From positions 74,983 through 138,982 of the forward strand of contig CABMDO010000009.1 of NCBI GenBank assembly GCA_902384935.1: 64,000 nucleotides of DNA. Reading direction: 5' to 3'. The notes under the pieces were generated by a model. The model made no database searches. It was not told the DNA's origin and saw nothing but the letters and a program-made list of their open reading frames with translations. The position numbers were made by a program, and so were the translations under genes. The DNA is from Candidatus Norongarragalina meridionalis (GTDB lineage Archaea > Micrarchaeota > Micrarchaeia > Norongarragalinales > Norongarragalinaceae). This document shows, piece after piece, positions 18,191 through 27,463 of this stretch. How positions within the stretch are numbered: position 1 is the first letter of the stretch; each line of letters starts with the position of its first letter.

Positions 18191-19662
18191 TGCCTGAAGT
18201 GCCTTATTCCCGTAAATACCATGGCGAGCTTGCGCCTGTCGCACGCGGCGATTGAGTCCGCGTCGCGCAACGAACCTCCGGGTTGGATTATCGCGGTTGC
18301 GCCCACCTTCGCCGCCAACTCAACGCAGTCTGGGAACGGGAAGAAGGCGTCAGACGCCATCACGCTGCCCTTCAGCTTCATGCCGGCGCGCTTCGCTTTT
18401 TCAACCGCTATATTCGCCGCATCGATGCGGCTCGTCTGCCCCGCGCCGACACCCAGCGCCTGGTGGTCGGAAGCGAAGACTATCGAGTTTGATTTCGCGT
18501 GCTTGGCGATTGCGAACGCGAATCTCATCGCGGACATCTCCTTCGCCGTGGGCTTGCGCTTCGTCGGATAGGCGAGCTTCTTCTCGTCCAGCACGATTCC
18601 GTCGGGCTCCTGCACAAGCAGGGCGTCGGAGAACACCGAACGCAACTGCCTGCACTGCTTCTGCTTCGCGAGCGACGTCGTGTCGATGACGCGCAGGTTC
18701 TTCTTTTTCGCGAAAAGTTCAAGCGCCTTCTTGTCGAATCCGGGCGCCATCACCACTTCGACGAACTGCGGCTCCATCGCCTTTGCTACCGAGGAATCGA
18801 TTCTGCGGTTGAAGGCGACGATTCCGCCGAACGCCGACAAGGCGTCGGTTTTGAGCGCGAGCTCATATGCGCGCTTGGGCGTTGGCGCAATGGCGACGCC
18901 GCACGGGTTCGTGTGCTTGACGATTACGCAGCACGGTTCGGAGAATTCGCGCGCAAGCGCGAGCGCCGCGCTCGCGTCGAGCAGGTTGTTGTAACTCAGT
19001 TGTTTGCCCGCGAGCGATTTGACGCACGCGCCGTACAACGCCGCTTTCTGGTGCGGGTTCTCGCCGTAGCGCAAATCCTGCGACTTAACCGTCGAGATGA
19101 GAAGCTGGTCCGCGCCGAAGTACGACGCGATGGCGGCGTCGTATGCGCTGGTAACCGCGAACGCCTGCTGCGCGAGTTTCAGGCGCGTGGAATTGTTCAG
19201 CGCGCCCCTGTTCGCCTTCAGCTCGTCAATCACCGCGGCGTACTGTTCGGGCCTGACGATTACCGCGACTCCCGCCCAGTTCTTGGCGGCTGCGCGGATA
19301 AGCGCAACTCCGCCGATGTCGATGTTTTCAAGCGAAGGCTCGTGCAGAAACGGGTAAAGATTTACTGCGACGATGTCGATTGGTTTGATGCCGTGCTTCC
19401 TTATCGTCGATTCGTCCTCGGCATTCCCGCGCCTGTGAAGTATGCCCGCGTGTATGTTCGGATGCAGCGTCTTGACGCGTCCGCCGAGCATCTCGGGAAA
19501 TCCCGTTACCTGGGAAACGTCCGTCACGGGAACGTTGTGTTCGCGGAGAAGCGATGCCGTGCCGCCTGTCGAGATTATTTCCACGCCGAGACCGCGAAGC
19601 GACTTCGCGAATTCTACCACTCCAGTCTTGTCATGGACGCTGATAAGAGCGCGACGAATCAT
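18187..19662 (-). CDS. purH: bifunctional AICAR transformylase / IMP cyclohydrolase
   Basis: MGS-like N-terminus ALISVHDKTGVVEFAKSL...ISTGGTA...GFPEMLGGRVKTLHPNIHAGIL plus the AICARFT domain. Start taken at MIRRALISV. Confidence 0.85.
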   Translation of the reverse strand: MIRRALISVHDKTGVVEFAKSLRGLGVEIISTGGTASLLREHNVPVTDVSQVTGFPEMLGGRVKTLHPNIHAGILHRRGNAEDESTIRKHGIKPIDIVAVNLYPFLHEPSLENIDIGGVALIRAAAKNWAGVAVIVRPEQYAAVIDELKANRGALNNSTRLKLAQQAFAVTSAYDAAIASYFGADQLLISTVKSQDLRYGENPHQKAALYGACVKSLAGKQLSYNNLLDASAALALAREFSEPCCVIVKHTNPCGVAIAPTPKRAYELALKTDALSAFGGIVAFNRRIDSSVAKAMEPQFVEVVMAPGFDKKALELFAKKKNLRVIDTTSLAKQKQCRQLRSVFSDALLVQEPDGIVLDEKKLAYPTKRKPTAKEMSAMRFAFAIAKHAKSNSIVFASDHQALGVGAGQTSRIDAANIAVEKAKRAGMKLKGSVMASDAFFPFPDCVELAAKVGATAIIQPGGSLRDADSIAACDRRKLAMVFTGIRHFRH

Positions 19663-19806
19663 TTTTTGCGCCTCCTCGGATTGTAGGTTTCGACGAAATC
19701 GTATTCCTTCTCGTCGGGCGGCTTGGATTCGCACGCCTCGGGCTCCTTCTTGCACACGATTCGAGGTTTCCCCGCCATATAGGCGATTAGAATAACGGCG
19801 GATAAT

Positions 19807-20286
19807 TTAAACGTTAACAATCCGCGGCCCGCTCTTCACTGGAAGCGCTCCGCCGTTCAATGCGTCGGGATGCGCGTCGAAGTAAACGGCCGCCTCCTTA
19901 TTCAGCGGGTCCTTCGTGTTCGGGTGCTCGAGAAGTTGTTTCAGCGCCTTCACGACGCTGAGAATCGTCTGCCCTTCCGCCCAGTTGTTGATAAGCTGGA
20001 TGCACACCTTGCCGTCCTTTTCGTGGATGTTCGGATGGAAAATGGGGGTGAGCCACGTGACGTCGATTCCGCCGGCATAGGGATATTCGCGCAGCAAGTC
20101 GATTTGGACGGAATGGGCGTCCCTGCGCATGACTGATTCTCCGTTCCGGTAAAGCCCCACTCCGCGCACACTGACCAGATAACGCGTACGCTCGGCGTTT
20201 ACTTCAAAGCGCTCGCCGCTTTTCTCCATCTCGGCGTACTCGCTGTCAAGCCGACGGCGCCATATCTGCTCGGGAAGCATCGGCAT
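19807..20286 (-). CDS. ubiquitin-conjugating enzyme E2-like protein (UBC fold)
   Basis: HPNIHEKDGKVCIQLI matches the UBC active-site motif HPN(I/V)xxxGx(I/V)C(L/I)xxL with a catalytic Cys. ~159 aa. Confidence 0.7.
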   Translation of the reverse strand: MPMLPEQIWRRRLDSEYAEMEKSGERFEVNAERTRYLVSVRGVGLYRNGESVMRRDAHSVQIDLLREYPYAGGIDVTWLTPIFHPNIHEKDGKVCIQLINNWAEGQTILSVVKALKQLLEHPNTKDPLNKEAAVYFDAHPDALNGGALPVKSGPRIVNV

Positions 20287-20295
20287 TGGAAACCC

Positions 20296-20538
20296 TCAGC
20301 CGCCAGTCGGATCCGGAATCAGGAGGAGTGAATCCCCTTCCTTTATGCCGGCGTCGGAAATCGTCAGTTCGGGGTTAAGGATTTTGTTGTCCTTCGTCGC
20401 AAGAACGAACCTGTCCTTGAGCTGCAGGCTCTCGGTAAGAACTTCGAGCACCGACGAGATGGTGAACGTCGGTTCGACGGCCACCACGATTTCCTTTCCA
20501 GACGTGGAATGAGTTACTGTAACGTTGAATTCTGCCAT
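20296..20538 (-). CDS. ubiquitin-like beta-grasp modifier ending in Gly-Gly
   Basis: 80-aa protein MAEFNVTVTH...SLLLIPDPTGG with a stop immediately after the C-terminal diglycine. Confidence 0.7.
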   Translation of the reverse strand: MAEFNVTVTHSTSGKEIVVAVEPTFTISSVLEVLTESLQLKDRFVLATKDNKILNPELTISDAGIKEGDSLLLIPDPTGG

Positions 20539-20587
20539 GTGGCACCACCAAAACGGTTTAAAGAGCACGGGCAATATAACCTTTTTC

Positions 20588-20995
20588 ATGGCATCCGGAC
20601 CGCGCATCGTGAAAAAGGACAGCGACGGCTTTGTCGAGATATCGATGGGCGGACACGAGGAGCAGAAGCCGCCTGCCGCCGAGGAGAAGAAGAACGCGAT
20701 GGAGGTTGCTCCCGAAGAAGTAGGGGAACGATTCGTCCGCGGCGAACTTCAAGAGATGCACAAACCGAAGATTGTTTCCGCCCGCGACGCATCGCCGCAG
20801 GACGCCGCCAGGGCGCAGAGAGCGGCTGCGTCCCGGGACATTACTCCCGTCACGGCAGGACCGCAGAATCCGATTGTCATGACTCAGGACGAGCGCGAGA
20901 AAGCCTCGGATCTCGCGCGCAAGATTTACCAGGAAAGGGAAGCGGAGAAGGAGAAGCGCCCGGCTCACCGCTTCAGGAAACTGCTCGGACTGTGA
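20588..20995 (+). CDS. hypothetical low-complexity/disordered protein
   Basis: 135 aa rich in A/E/K/R, no domains. Divergent from the Ub-like gene and directly upstream of the JAMM gene. Confidence 0.3.
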   Translation: MASGPRIVKKDSDGFVEISMGGHEEQKPPAAEEKKNAMEVAPEEVGERFVRGELQEMHKPKIVSARDASPQDAARAQRAAASRDITPVTAGPQNPIVMTQDEREKASDLARKIYQEREAEKEKRPAHRFRKLLGL

Positions 20996-21003
20996 TATAG
21001 GAT

Positions 21004-21468
21004 ATGGCGCAGTACGACGTCTACATCGACGAAGCGGCGGTGCGCAAAGCCGAAAAGCAGTTCCGCGACGCCGCCCGCAACGGAAAAGAGGCGATGGGGC
21101 TCCTTCTGGGAAACGTGTTTCATTCGGACGGAAGCGAATTCGTTCACGCAACCGACTATGTCACCGCGCCGAACGATTCAACCGCCGTCTCCGTGCGCTT
21201 CACTAGGCAGGCGTTCTCCGAACTGAGCGGAAAAATACGCGGCAAGGGGCTGATAGTTGCCTGGGCGCACTCGCACCCGGGATACGGCTGCTTCCTTTCC
21301 TCCACGGATATGGCGACGCAACATAGGTATTTCTCCGAAAAATTTCACTTCGCGCTCGTGATGGACCCTACGCGGCGCGAAGGAAGCGCAATGCTTAAGA
21401 GGGCGTTCCGCCTGAAGGACGGGGGCTACGAAGAGGTTTCGTTCGCGGTTGTGAGGAAACGTGGCTGA
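21004..21468 (+). CDS. JAMM/MPN+ metalloprotease (Rpn11-like deubiquitinase/isopeptidase)
   Basis: JAMM motif AHSHPGYGCFLSSTD (HxHx7Sx2D) with an upstream Glu. 154 aa. Confidence 0.75.
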   Translation: MAQYDVYIDEAAVRKAEKQFRDAARNGKEAMGLLLGNVFHSDGSEFVHATDYVTAPNDSTAVSVRFTRQAFSELSGKIRGKGLIVAWAHSHPGYGCFLSSTDMATQHRYFSEKFHFALVMDPTRREGSAMLKRAFRLKDGGYEEVSFAVVRKRG

Positions 21469-22219
21469 ATCCGAGACGCAGGCAACTGCGCCTGAAAAAA
21501 AACGCAAGGCACGCAAAAAAAACCTAGAGATAACGCTGTTCGACCGCTCGGTTGCGAAGGAGGTCATGAACGGCGTTTCGAGCGTCGCCTCCCTCAAAGA
21601 AAAATTCAAGTCCGTGGACGAAACGGAGTTCGACGCACGGCTCCGCGAGCTCTCCGCCGAAGGTTATTTCGCGCTCAACGGCGACGTGGTGAAGTTCGGA
21701 ATAAAGGGATTCAACGCGTTCGCTCCCAAACCGAAGAAGGAAAAGGCGAAAGCGGTTGCGCCCGCCGTGCAGGCAAAAACAAAGGAAGAAACGCAGGTTT
21801 CCCCTGCGGCGTCCATTGCTCCCGAATCTCCCGCGCAGAAGACCGATGAGCGCATGGATCTGGACGAGGCGTTCCGCAAGGGCGCGCCGTCGGGAACAGG
21901 CGACTCTTTCTTCGCCAAGCGAAGGAAGCAGCGCGAAGGCGCCGCCGCCGAAGCAGCGGCAGCCGCACCGATACAGCCGCTGAAGAACGGCGAGGAAGGC
22001 GCGTGCGAGCTGTGCAAGGCGCCTTTCAAGATATCAACAGGCGCCGAAAACAACCCGCGCTACGGGCACTGCTTCTGCGGCGCGGCGTACCACCAGGACT
22101 GCTACGAAACTTTGGCGGCTACTGGCGCGAACTGCGTCCGATGCGGAAAGAAAATCAAGCTCACTGTTGACAGGCGCACCGAGGAAGCGATGAAGGGCGT
22201 CAAGGACGCGTTCGACTAG
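21461..22219 (+). CDS. RING-type zinc-finger protein (candidate E3 ligase) with Lys-rich disordered N-terminus
   Basis: C-terminal CELC-x15-HCFC-x4-H-x2-C-x11-CVRC cross-brace Cys/His pattern. Start overlaps the JAMM stop. Confidence 0.55.
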   Translation: MAESETQATAPEKKRKARKKNLEITLFDRSVAKEVMNGVSSVASLKEKFKSVDETEFDARLRELSAEGYFALNGDVVKFGIKGFNAFAPKPKKEKAKAVAPAVQAKTKEETQVSPAASIAPESPAQKTDERMDLDEAFRKGAPSGTGDSFFAKRRKQREGAAAEAAAAAPIQPLKNGEEGACELCKAPFKISTGAENNPRYGHCFCGAAYHQDCYETLAATGANCVRCGKKIKLTVDRRTEEAMKGVKDAFD

Positions 22220-22974
22220 GAAGGGTGTACTGGGCAACCAGCGCGTTTTGGAATGCCGTACGTTTTTGCCTCGCCTTTTAATCCGTCGTAGAAAAGGAAC
22301 CTGTTTTCCAGCGTTTCCCCCTGATTGAACAGCATCTTCAGGAATTCGTTCGCCTGAATCGCCGCGACGATTGACGTCGTCGTGGGCAGCGCGGGCATCT
22401 TCGGATCCAGGAAGTCCAGGATTTCCCCGACGCACGAATACTTCTTCCACATGAGCTTGTAGTCGCGCGTGCTGATACCGCATTCTATGCAGGCAGACGG
22501 CGCGCGAACCGTTTGCACCCTGCCGTTGAACGCCGCGGTTCCTCCGTCAATGAGCGGAACCTTGCCATAGCATTGGGCGTTCAGGTGCAGCCTTGCGCCG
22601 AGGTTGTCGAGGCAGCCGAAGGCACAGTCGAAGGAAGAGAAAACGCCCTCGTCGACGTGCTCAATATGTTTGTCAATTACCGCGATTTCTGCTGCGGGCT
22701 CCAGACGCTTCGCCTCGCGCGCTACGACATCGGCTTTCTTCTTCCCGACGTCCGCCTCGGAGAAAAAAACGCATCGGTTAAGATTCGCGGGAACGATTTC
22801 GTCGTAATCAACGAGAGTGATTTTGCGGACGCCCAACTGCAGCAGGTTCTTTACGACTTCGTTGCCGAGGGCGCCTGCGCCGACGACTAGAACCCGCGCG
22901 CCGGCGACGCTCTCCTGCTTCCATCCCGCGACGCGTTTCTGCCTGTCGTGCCTGTCGGCGTCGATTGCTTCCAC
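22216..22974 (-). CDS. E1-like ubiquitin-activating enzyme (ThiF/MoeB/UBA fold)
   Basis: DRQKRVAGWKQES, nucleotide-binding loop VLVVGAGALGNEV, ITLVDYDEIVPANLNR, and CxxC pairs (CIECG). Confidence 0.75.
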   Translation of the reverse strand: MEAIDADRHDRQKRVAGWKQESVAGARVLVVGAGALGNEVVKNLLQLGVRKITLVDYDEIVPANLNRCVFFSEADVGKKKADVVAREAKRLEPAAEIAVIDKHIEHVDEGVFSSFDCAFGCLDNLGARLHLNAQCYGKVPLIDGGTAAFNGRVQTVRAPSACIECGISTRDYKLMWKKYSCVGEILDFLDPKMPALPTTTSIVAAIQANEFLKMLFNQGETLENRFLFYDGLKGEAKTYGIPKRAGCPVHPS

Positions 22975-23008
22975 GATGGGTTTAAGGAGCGTGCGGATAA
23001 AAGCATTT

Positions 23009-23734
23009 ATGCCGATTGTGTTTTACGGAAAGGACGATGCGGCGGGAAGGAATATCGTCTCCAAAATAAGGGGCGCGGAAATAAGGGAGCTGCCCGTGCA
23101 TCCGATACGCGCGGATTTGTCTGCATTTACTTCCGACCTCTTTGTTTTCGCCTCGACTCACCGCAGCGAAAGCGGGAAGCCCTGCCTCACCGTGCATCCT
23201 CCCGGAAACTGGGGAACCGCGGAAATGGGCGGAAACGAAAGGGAGGTGCAGCCCACGAGCGCGTTCGCCATCAAGGCGGCGTTCCTTTATTTGAAAGCGC
23301 ACCCCGTTCCTGGTTTCGACGTGTTCATGGAAGCAACTCATCACGGCCCCGGCAACCTCAATGCGCCCTGTTTTTTCATCGAAATAGGAAGCAGCGAGAA
23401 GGAATGGGGCAACGAAGAAGCGGGCGTTGCGGTTGCGGGAGCGATCGAAGCGGTGCTGGCGGGATGGAAAAAACCCGCGGGAAAGGTCGCGCTCGGTTTC
23501 GGCGGCACGCATTACTGCCCGTCGTTTTCGAAGATGGAAGCCGAAGGCTACGCGTTCTCGCACATCTGCCCGAAGTATGCGCTTGACAAGCTCGACGCGG
23601 ACATGCTGGCGCAGGCGGTTGCGAAAACAGCGGAAAAAGTGGAATGCGGGGTAATGGATGATTGCAGGGGCGAACAAAAAAGGAAGGTAGCGTTACTCCT
23701 GGAACAGGCGGGCATCCCGCTTGAAAAGCTTTAA
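23009..23734 (+). CDS. dtdA: D-aminoacyl-tRNA deacylase, archaeal type (DtdA)
   Basis: MPIVFYGKDDAAGRNI start, conserved archaeal DTD blocks (HPPGNWG, EATHHGP). 241 aa. Confidence 0.6.
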   Translation: MPIVFYGKDDAAGRNIVSKIRGAEIRELPVHPIRADLSAFTSDLFVFASTHRSESGKPCLTVHPPGNWGTAEMGGNEREVQPTSAFAIKAAFLYLKAHPVPGFDVFMEATHHGPGNLNAPCFFIEIGSSEKEWGNEEAGVAVAGAIEAVLAGWKKPAGKVALGFGGTHYCPSFSKMEAEGYAFSHICPKYALDKLDADMLAQAVAKTAEKVECGVMDDCRGEQKRKVALLLEQAGIPLEKL

Positions 23735-24079
23735 ATGCCGTTGCCCTCCGAGTTTACTCATATGCTCGCTGAACTTTCGGTCGCGATATTCGTACTCTGC
23801 TTCGACGCCTACGCTTACCAGCAGTACCGCAAGAGCCAGGAAACCGCCGAGCCGAAGCGCGACGTGGCGGAAGTGGCCAAGGTGCTTCGGGAAGAGGCGG
23901 ACAACGGCGGCGCATACGAGGAGACGATTGTCGGCGGCAGCGTGGAGATGCTCCGCGGCGAATTCGACGCCCTGCGCGAGGACTACGAGCGCAGGTTCGA
24001 CGATTTCGAGAGGAAGCTCGCCGGTGCGTCGGCGAAGGAACTGCCCAAGAACTACGACGGCGTCATTCTCAACGATTAG
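23735..24079 (+). CDS. hypothetical small protein with N-terminal TM helix
   Basis: 114 aa, N-terminal hydrophobic segment then an acidic coiled region. Confidence 0.35.
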   Translation: MPLPSEFTHMLAELSVAIFVLCFDAYAYQQYRKSQETAEPKRDVAEVAKVLREEADNGGAYEETIVGGSVEMLRGEFDALREDYERRFDDFERKLAGASAKELPKNYDGVILND

Positions 24080-25260
24080 AAGTCGCTCAGACGCCTCTGC
24101 CGCAAAACAGTGCTTTTCTTTTCGTACTCGATTATCGGGATGCGCAGCCGGCTCTTTATGTCCGCCAGCGCCTCCGCGAGCGTCGCGAACTTTCTCGGCG
24201 GGTTCTTGAACGCGTGCCTCACGTTCTCGCGCAGTTCCCACACGCCGACGGGCAGCTGGTATCCTTCGTAAATCTCGCGGAAAATGATGGCGCGGGCTTG
24301 GCGGTGCATGTCACGAAGGCCTTCTGCGACTCCGAACCTTCCGGCATAATAGCCGCCCCCCTCGCTCTCCGCATAGTCGCTCCTTCCCTGGTAAGGCTCG
24401 TATTCCTGCGCTATTCCGGCGCCGTCGGGCGTCCATACCGTTCCGGCCTGCCAAGCCTCGAACTGCTCGAATTCCCACGCGCCCGGAAGCAGGAGAATCT
24501 CGAAATGGTTGTACAGGTATTCGTTGGAGAAAACCGTGAATTCGGAAACCGACGGGAATTCCTTGATGTTCTTGATGTACAAATCGGCAATCATGCGATC
24601 CGCCGCAGTAATCGCCCAGCGCGTCGGCACGAGCTTCTTCTTCTCGCCGAGCAAGCCCGCGGAGAGTATTTTTTGGACATAGTAGTAGTCGAGTCCGGAG
24701 GAAAGCAACTCTGGAAGCGCGTCCCTTACTTTTATGCGTTCATTCGCGAACTCATCGACTCTCTTCGGAACAGTCGGGTTCCCAGCGAGCCGCAAGTCCT
24801 GCAGCGGCGCGGTCGGGCCCATCGGCTGCGACACGGGCGAGAAGGACATCTTGAAAGAGAGCGGCTTCGAAAAGCGCGCTTCGATGTCCACCGGCTTGGT
24901 TGACATTACCGCAGATTGTATCTCGCCGAGCATCGCGGATTGCTCGGAAACGCGCTGGCGGTGCATGCCCCGCGCGAGCGACGAACGGAAGCGGATTATA
25001 TCTTCGTAGGGAAGCCCGTACCACTCGGCAGGAGAATCGTAAAGCCGAGCGTCCATCCCCTCTTCCACGGCGATGAGCGGGCCTACCTGCACCGCAGGAT
25101 AGCCCTGCCAACCGACGAAAGCGTTTGGGGGCGAGGGTCCGAAAACCGAAGTCAGCGCCCTTCGCGCGATGGGAGCCTCGACGCGCAGCTTTTCAAGCAA
25201 GGGGCACGATGGAAGCCCGCACCAGAGGCGCCCTTTGCATGAGAGGCATTGACGCGACAT
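24076..25260 (-). CDS. nreA: archaeal DNA repair protein NreA (Nre family, DUF650/651)
   Basis: N-terminal CLSCKGRLWCGLPSCP zinc-ribbon signature of the Nre family. 394 aa. Confidence 0.65.
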   Translation of the reverse strand: MSRQCLSCKGRLWCGLPSCPLLEKLRVEAPIARRALTSVFGPSPPNAFVGWQGYPAVQVGPLIAVEEGMDARLYDSPAEWYGLPYEDIIRFRSSLARGMHRQRVSEQSAMLGEIQSAVMSTKPVDIEARFSKPLSFKMSFSPVSQPMGPTAPLQDLRLAGNPTVPKRVDEFANERIKVRDALPELLSSGLDYYYVQKILSAGLLGEKKKLVPTRWAITAADRMIADLYIKNIKEFPSVSEFTVFSNEYLYNHFEILLLPGAWEFEQFEAWQAGTVWTPDGAGIAQEYEPYQGRSDYAESEGGGYYAGRFGVAEGLRDMHRQARAIIFREIYEGYQLPVGVWELRENVRHAFKNPPRKFATLAEALADIKSRLRIPIIEYEKKSTVLRQRRLSDF

Positions 25261-25405
25261 CGCAAGGCAGAAGGAAGCGCAAGAATAAATAAATGATGCC
25301 TCTTACAACCCTCCGATGCTCCCCCTTACGACGTCTCCGACGTTCCATAGAAGGCGCTTACCGCCCTTCCGATATTTCGAAACCCTTTTAAATGCCCCTT
25401 AAGTA

Positions 25406-26563
25406 ATGAACCGCGAGATGGCAGACGCGTTCGAAGCAAAGGAGAAGCTCCTGAAGGAGCTCGGCTGGAGCGAAAACCCGTTCGTCAAGGACCTCCGCAC
25501 CAGCGATCCGGAGGGCTTCCGCAAGTATTACTGCCCCTTCGAGGCGCAGGGAATTCTCGAGCGTTTGGCGTTCGACGCAAAAGCGTGCCTGCTTTACGGC
25601 CCCAAGGGAGTCGGAAAAACCAGCGCGCTATACTACGTAATGTTTTCCCTGCCCGAAAACGAGTTTGAAACCTACTTCTTCAAGGAACCGCCGAAGAGCA
25701 TGACCGCTCTCGCGCTCGAAACCGGATTCGTTACCGAGGGCGGTTTCGTCGATTCGTTATTCGAACTTCTGGGAAAGAAGCGCGAACGCAAGGTTTCCCG
25801 CGCCGACGTGGTGCGCATGCTGAAGAAGCGCAACAAGAAAGTCGTGTTCTTCGTGGACGAGGCGCACTTGAACGAGGAAATGCAGATGGAGTGGAAGTAC
25901 CTCCTCGACGACGTGCCGAACCTGCGCATCGTGCTTAGCTCGCTGGGAAGCGACTTTCCGGATTCGCTCATGCATCTCATAGGGGAGGGCAACGTGCTCC
26001 AGCGCAGGGGATTCAACGACGAGGAGATGAAACGCATCATATCGCACCGTATTTCCGCGGTAGGCGGAAGCGGAATGCGTCCGTTCTCCGACTCTTATCT
26101 GAAGGGAATGCTTACTGAAAAGAATCTTCTGTCGCCGCGTTACGTGTTCGACGAACTGAATCTGCATCTGGCGTCAATAGCCGGCGGAAAGAACAGGCAG
26201 GCTATGTACGTCGGCGACTCCATCGTGGAAGCGGTGATGGCGGAAGGAAGCGAGGAAAAACTTTCGAAAAGCAACGCGGAATGGTGGGTGCAGTTGAGCC
26301 CGTCACAGCGCTCCATACTCGAACTTCTCATCAAGAACAGGGAAGGCATGACGCTCGCGGAAATAATGGACTCGACGAAACTGCAGGAGAACACGTCCTT
26401 CAACGCGCTCTACCAGCTGCGCGGCGAGGACGAGGCGGAGAAGAAGCGCAAACCTGAGGTTCCTTTCCCGCTGGTGGAAGTGGAAACGAAGCTCGTCGGA
26501 GGAAGGAAGCGCAATATTTATAGAGTAGAACCGAAGGTGCGCAGCATCTTCACCATGACGTGA
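25406..26563 (+). CDS. AAA+ ATPase with C-terminal winged helix (Orc1/Cdc6-like or Arch_ATPase family)
   Basis: Walker A LLYGPKGVGKTS, Walker B VVFFVDEAH, C-terminal wHTH (SQRSILELLIKNREGMTLAEI). Confidence 0.5.
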   Translation: MNREMADAFEAKEKLLKELGWSENPFVKDLRTSDPEGFRKYYCPFEAQGILERLAFDAKACLLYGPKGVGKTSALYYVMFSLPENEFETYFFKEPPKSMTALALETGFVTEGGFVDSLFELLGKKRERKVSRADVVRMLKKRNKKVVFFVDEAHLNEEMQMEWKYLLDDVPNLRIVLSSLGSDFPDSLMHLIGEGNVLQRRGFNDEEMKRIISHRISAVGGSGMRPFSDSYLKGMLTEKNLLSPRYVFDELNLHLASIAGGKNRQAMYVGDSIVEAVMAEGSEEKLSKSNAEWWVQLSPSQRSILELLIKNREGMTLAEIMDSTKLQENTSFNALYQLRGEDEAEKKRKPEVPFPLVEVETKLVGGRKRNIYRVEPKVRSIFTMT

Positions 26564-26764
26564 TGATATGGAAAAAACAGTATCTCAGGTTTTTGCGGAG
26601 CTCGCGGAAAGCGGTGCTTCGTTCAAGTTCAGCGGGCGCAACGGCCGCGTGTTGGTGCAGATTGACGGCCTGATGCACTCGTTCAGGAACTTGTAAGAAA
26701 GAAAAAAACAAACGGGAACGTTGGTGGGGACCTTCTGTTCCGTTTTACCGAGAGGTGGGTCGGC

Positions 26765-26968
26765 ATGAGAATGCTGTCATTGTTCGACATGGACGTGCTT
26801 CTTAGGAACGCGGGCGCGGAGCGCGTAGGAGAGGACGCGAGCCGCAAGCTCGGGGACATACTTGAGGACAGGGCGAAGGACGTGGTTTTCCGCGCGAAAA
26901 TATACGCGAGGCACGCGGGAAGGAACACCGTCACGCGCGAGGACATCATGCTCGCAGCGCAGACTTGA
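26765..26968 (+). CDS. archaeal histone (HMfB family)
   Basis: Histone-fold: LLRNAGAERVGEDASRKLGDILEDRAKDVVFRAKIYARHAGRNTVTREDIMLA aligns with HMfB. 67 aa. Confidence 0.8.
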   Translation: MRMLSLFDMDVLLRNAGAERVGEDASRKLGDILEDRAKDVVFRAKIYARHAGRNTVTREDIMLAAQT

Positions 26969-26992
26969 GCGATGTCGGCGTCCGAAAAAACG

Positions 26993-27451
26993 TCAATATT
27001 CAGCCGGCTGGTAGGCGTGGGCGGGCCGCAGCCTCCTGCCGAGAAGACTCGACAAGGAACGCCTGACTCTTGCTACGCCGGTCCGCTGTACGACGTTAAA
27101 CACCGAAACGGGCAGCAGCAGGTCTTGACCCGAAGGCGGGCCTATCACGACGAGGTGGTTTCCCGTGAGCATTTTCACTGGGTATTCTGGCTCGTTTCCT
27201 TCCAAACCACTGACGAAGGAATTTCGAACCTTGATTTTGCCGAGCACGCTTTCCAGATTGAGATCTCCGGAGTTTACCAGGAATTTCGTCCACATCAGCT
27301 TGTGCGTCCCGTTTGAAACCTGCTTCCGCATATGGGGCGGGAAATCCTCGATGTCCCGGGGTATGGAATTCAGGGCACCCAATTCAACGTTCCCGACGAC
27401 GTGCTTGCCGAAAGCTTCTACGACTTTTCTCATGAAAATACCTCCGCGCAC
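26993..27451 (-). CDS. hypothetical protein
   Basis: 152-aa ORF downstream of the DHH nuclease gene with protein-like composition. Probable start MRKVVEAF. No domain recognised. Confidence 0.3.
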   Translation of the reverse strand: MRGGIFMRKVVEAFGKHVVGNVELGALNSIPRDIEDFPPHMRKQVSNGTHKLMWTKFLVNSGDLNLESVLGKIKVRNSFVSGLEGNEPEYPVKMLTGNHLVVIGPPSGQDLLLPVSVFNVVQRTGVARVRRSLSSLLGRRLRPAHAYQPAEY

Positions 27452-27463
27452 CCGAATAAAACG

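Noticed and set aside
26972-27316. 114-aa + strand ORF overlapping 26993..27451 (-)
   Set aside because: The minus-strand frame has the more protein-like composition and sits naturally downstream of the DHH gene. Neither has a recognisable domain, so only the minus ORF is listed, at low confidence.
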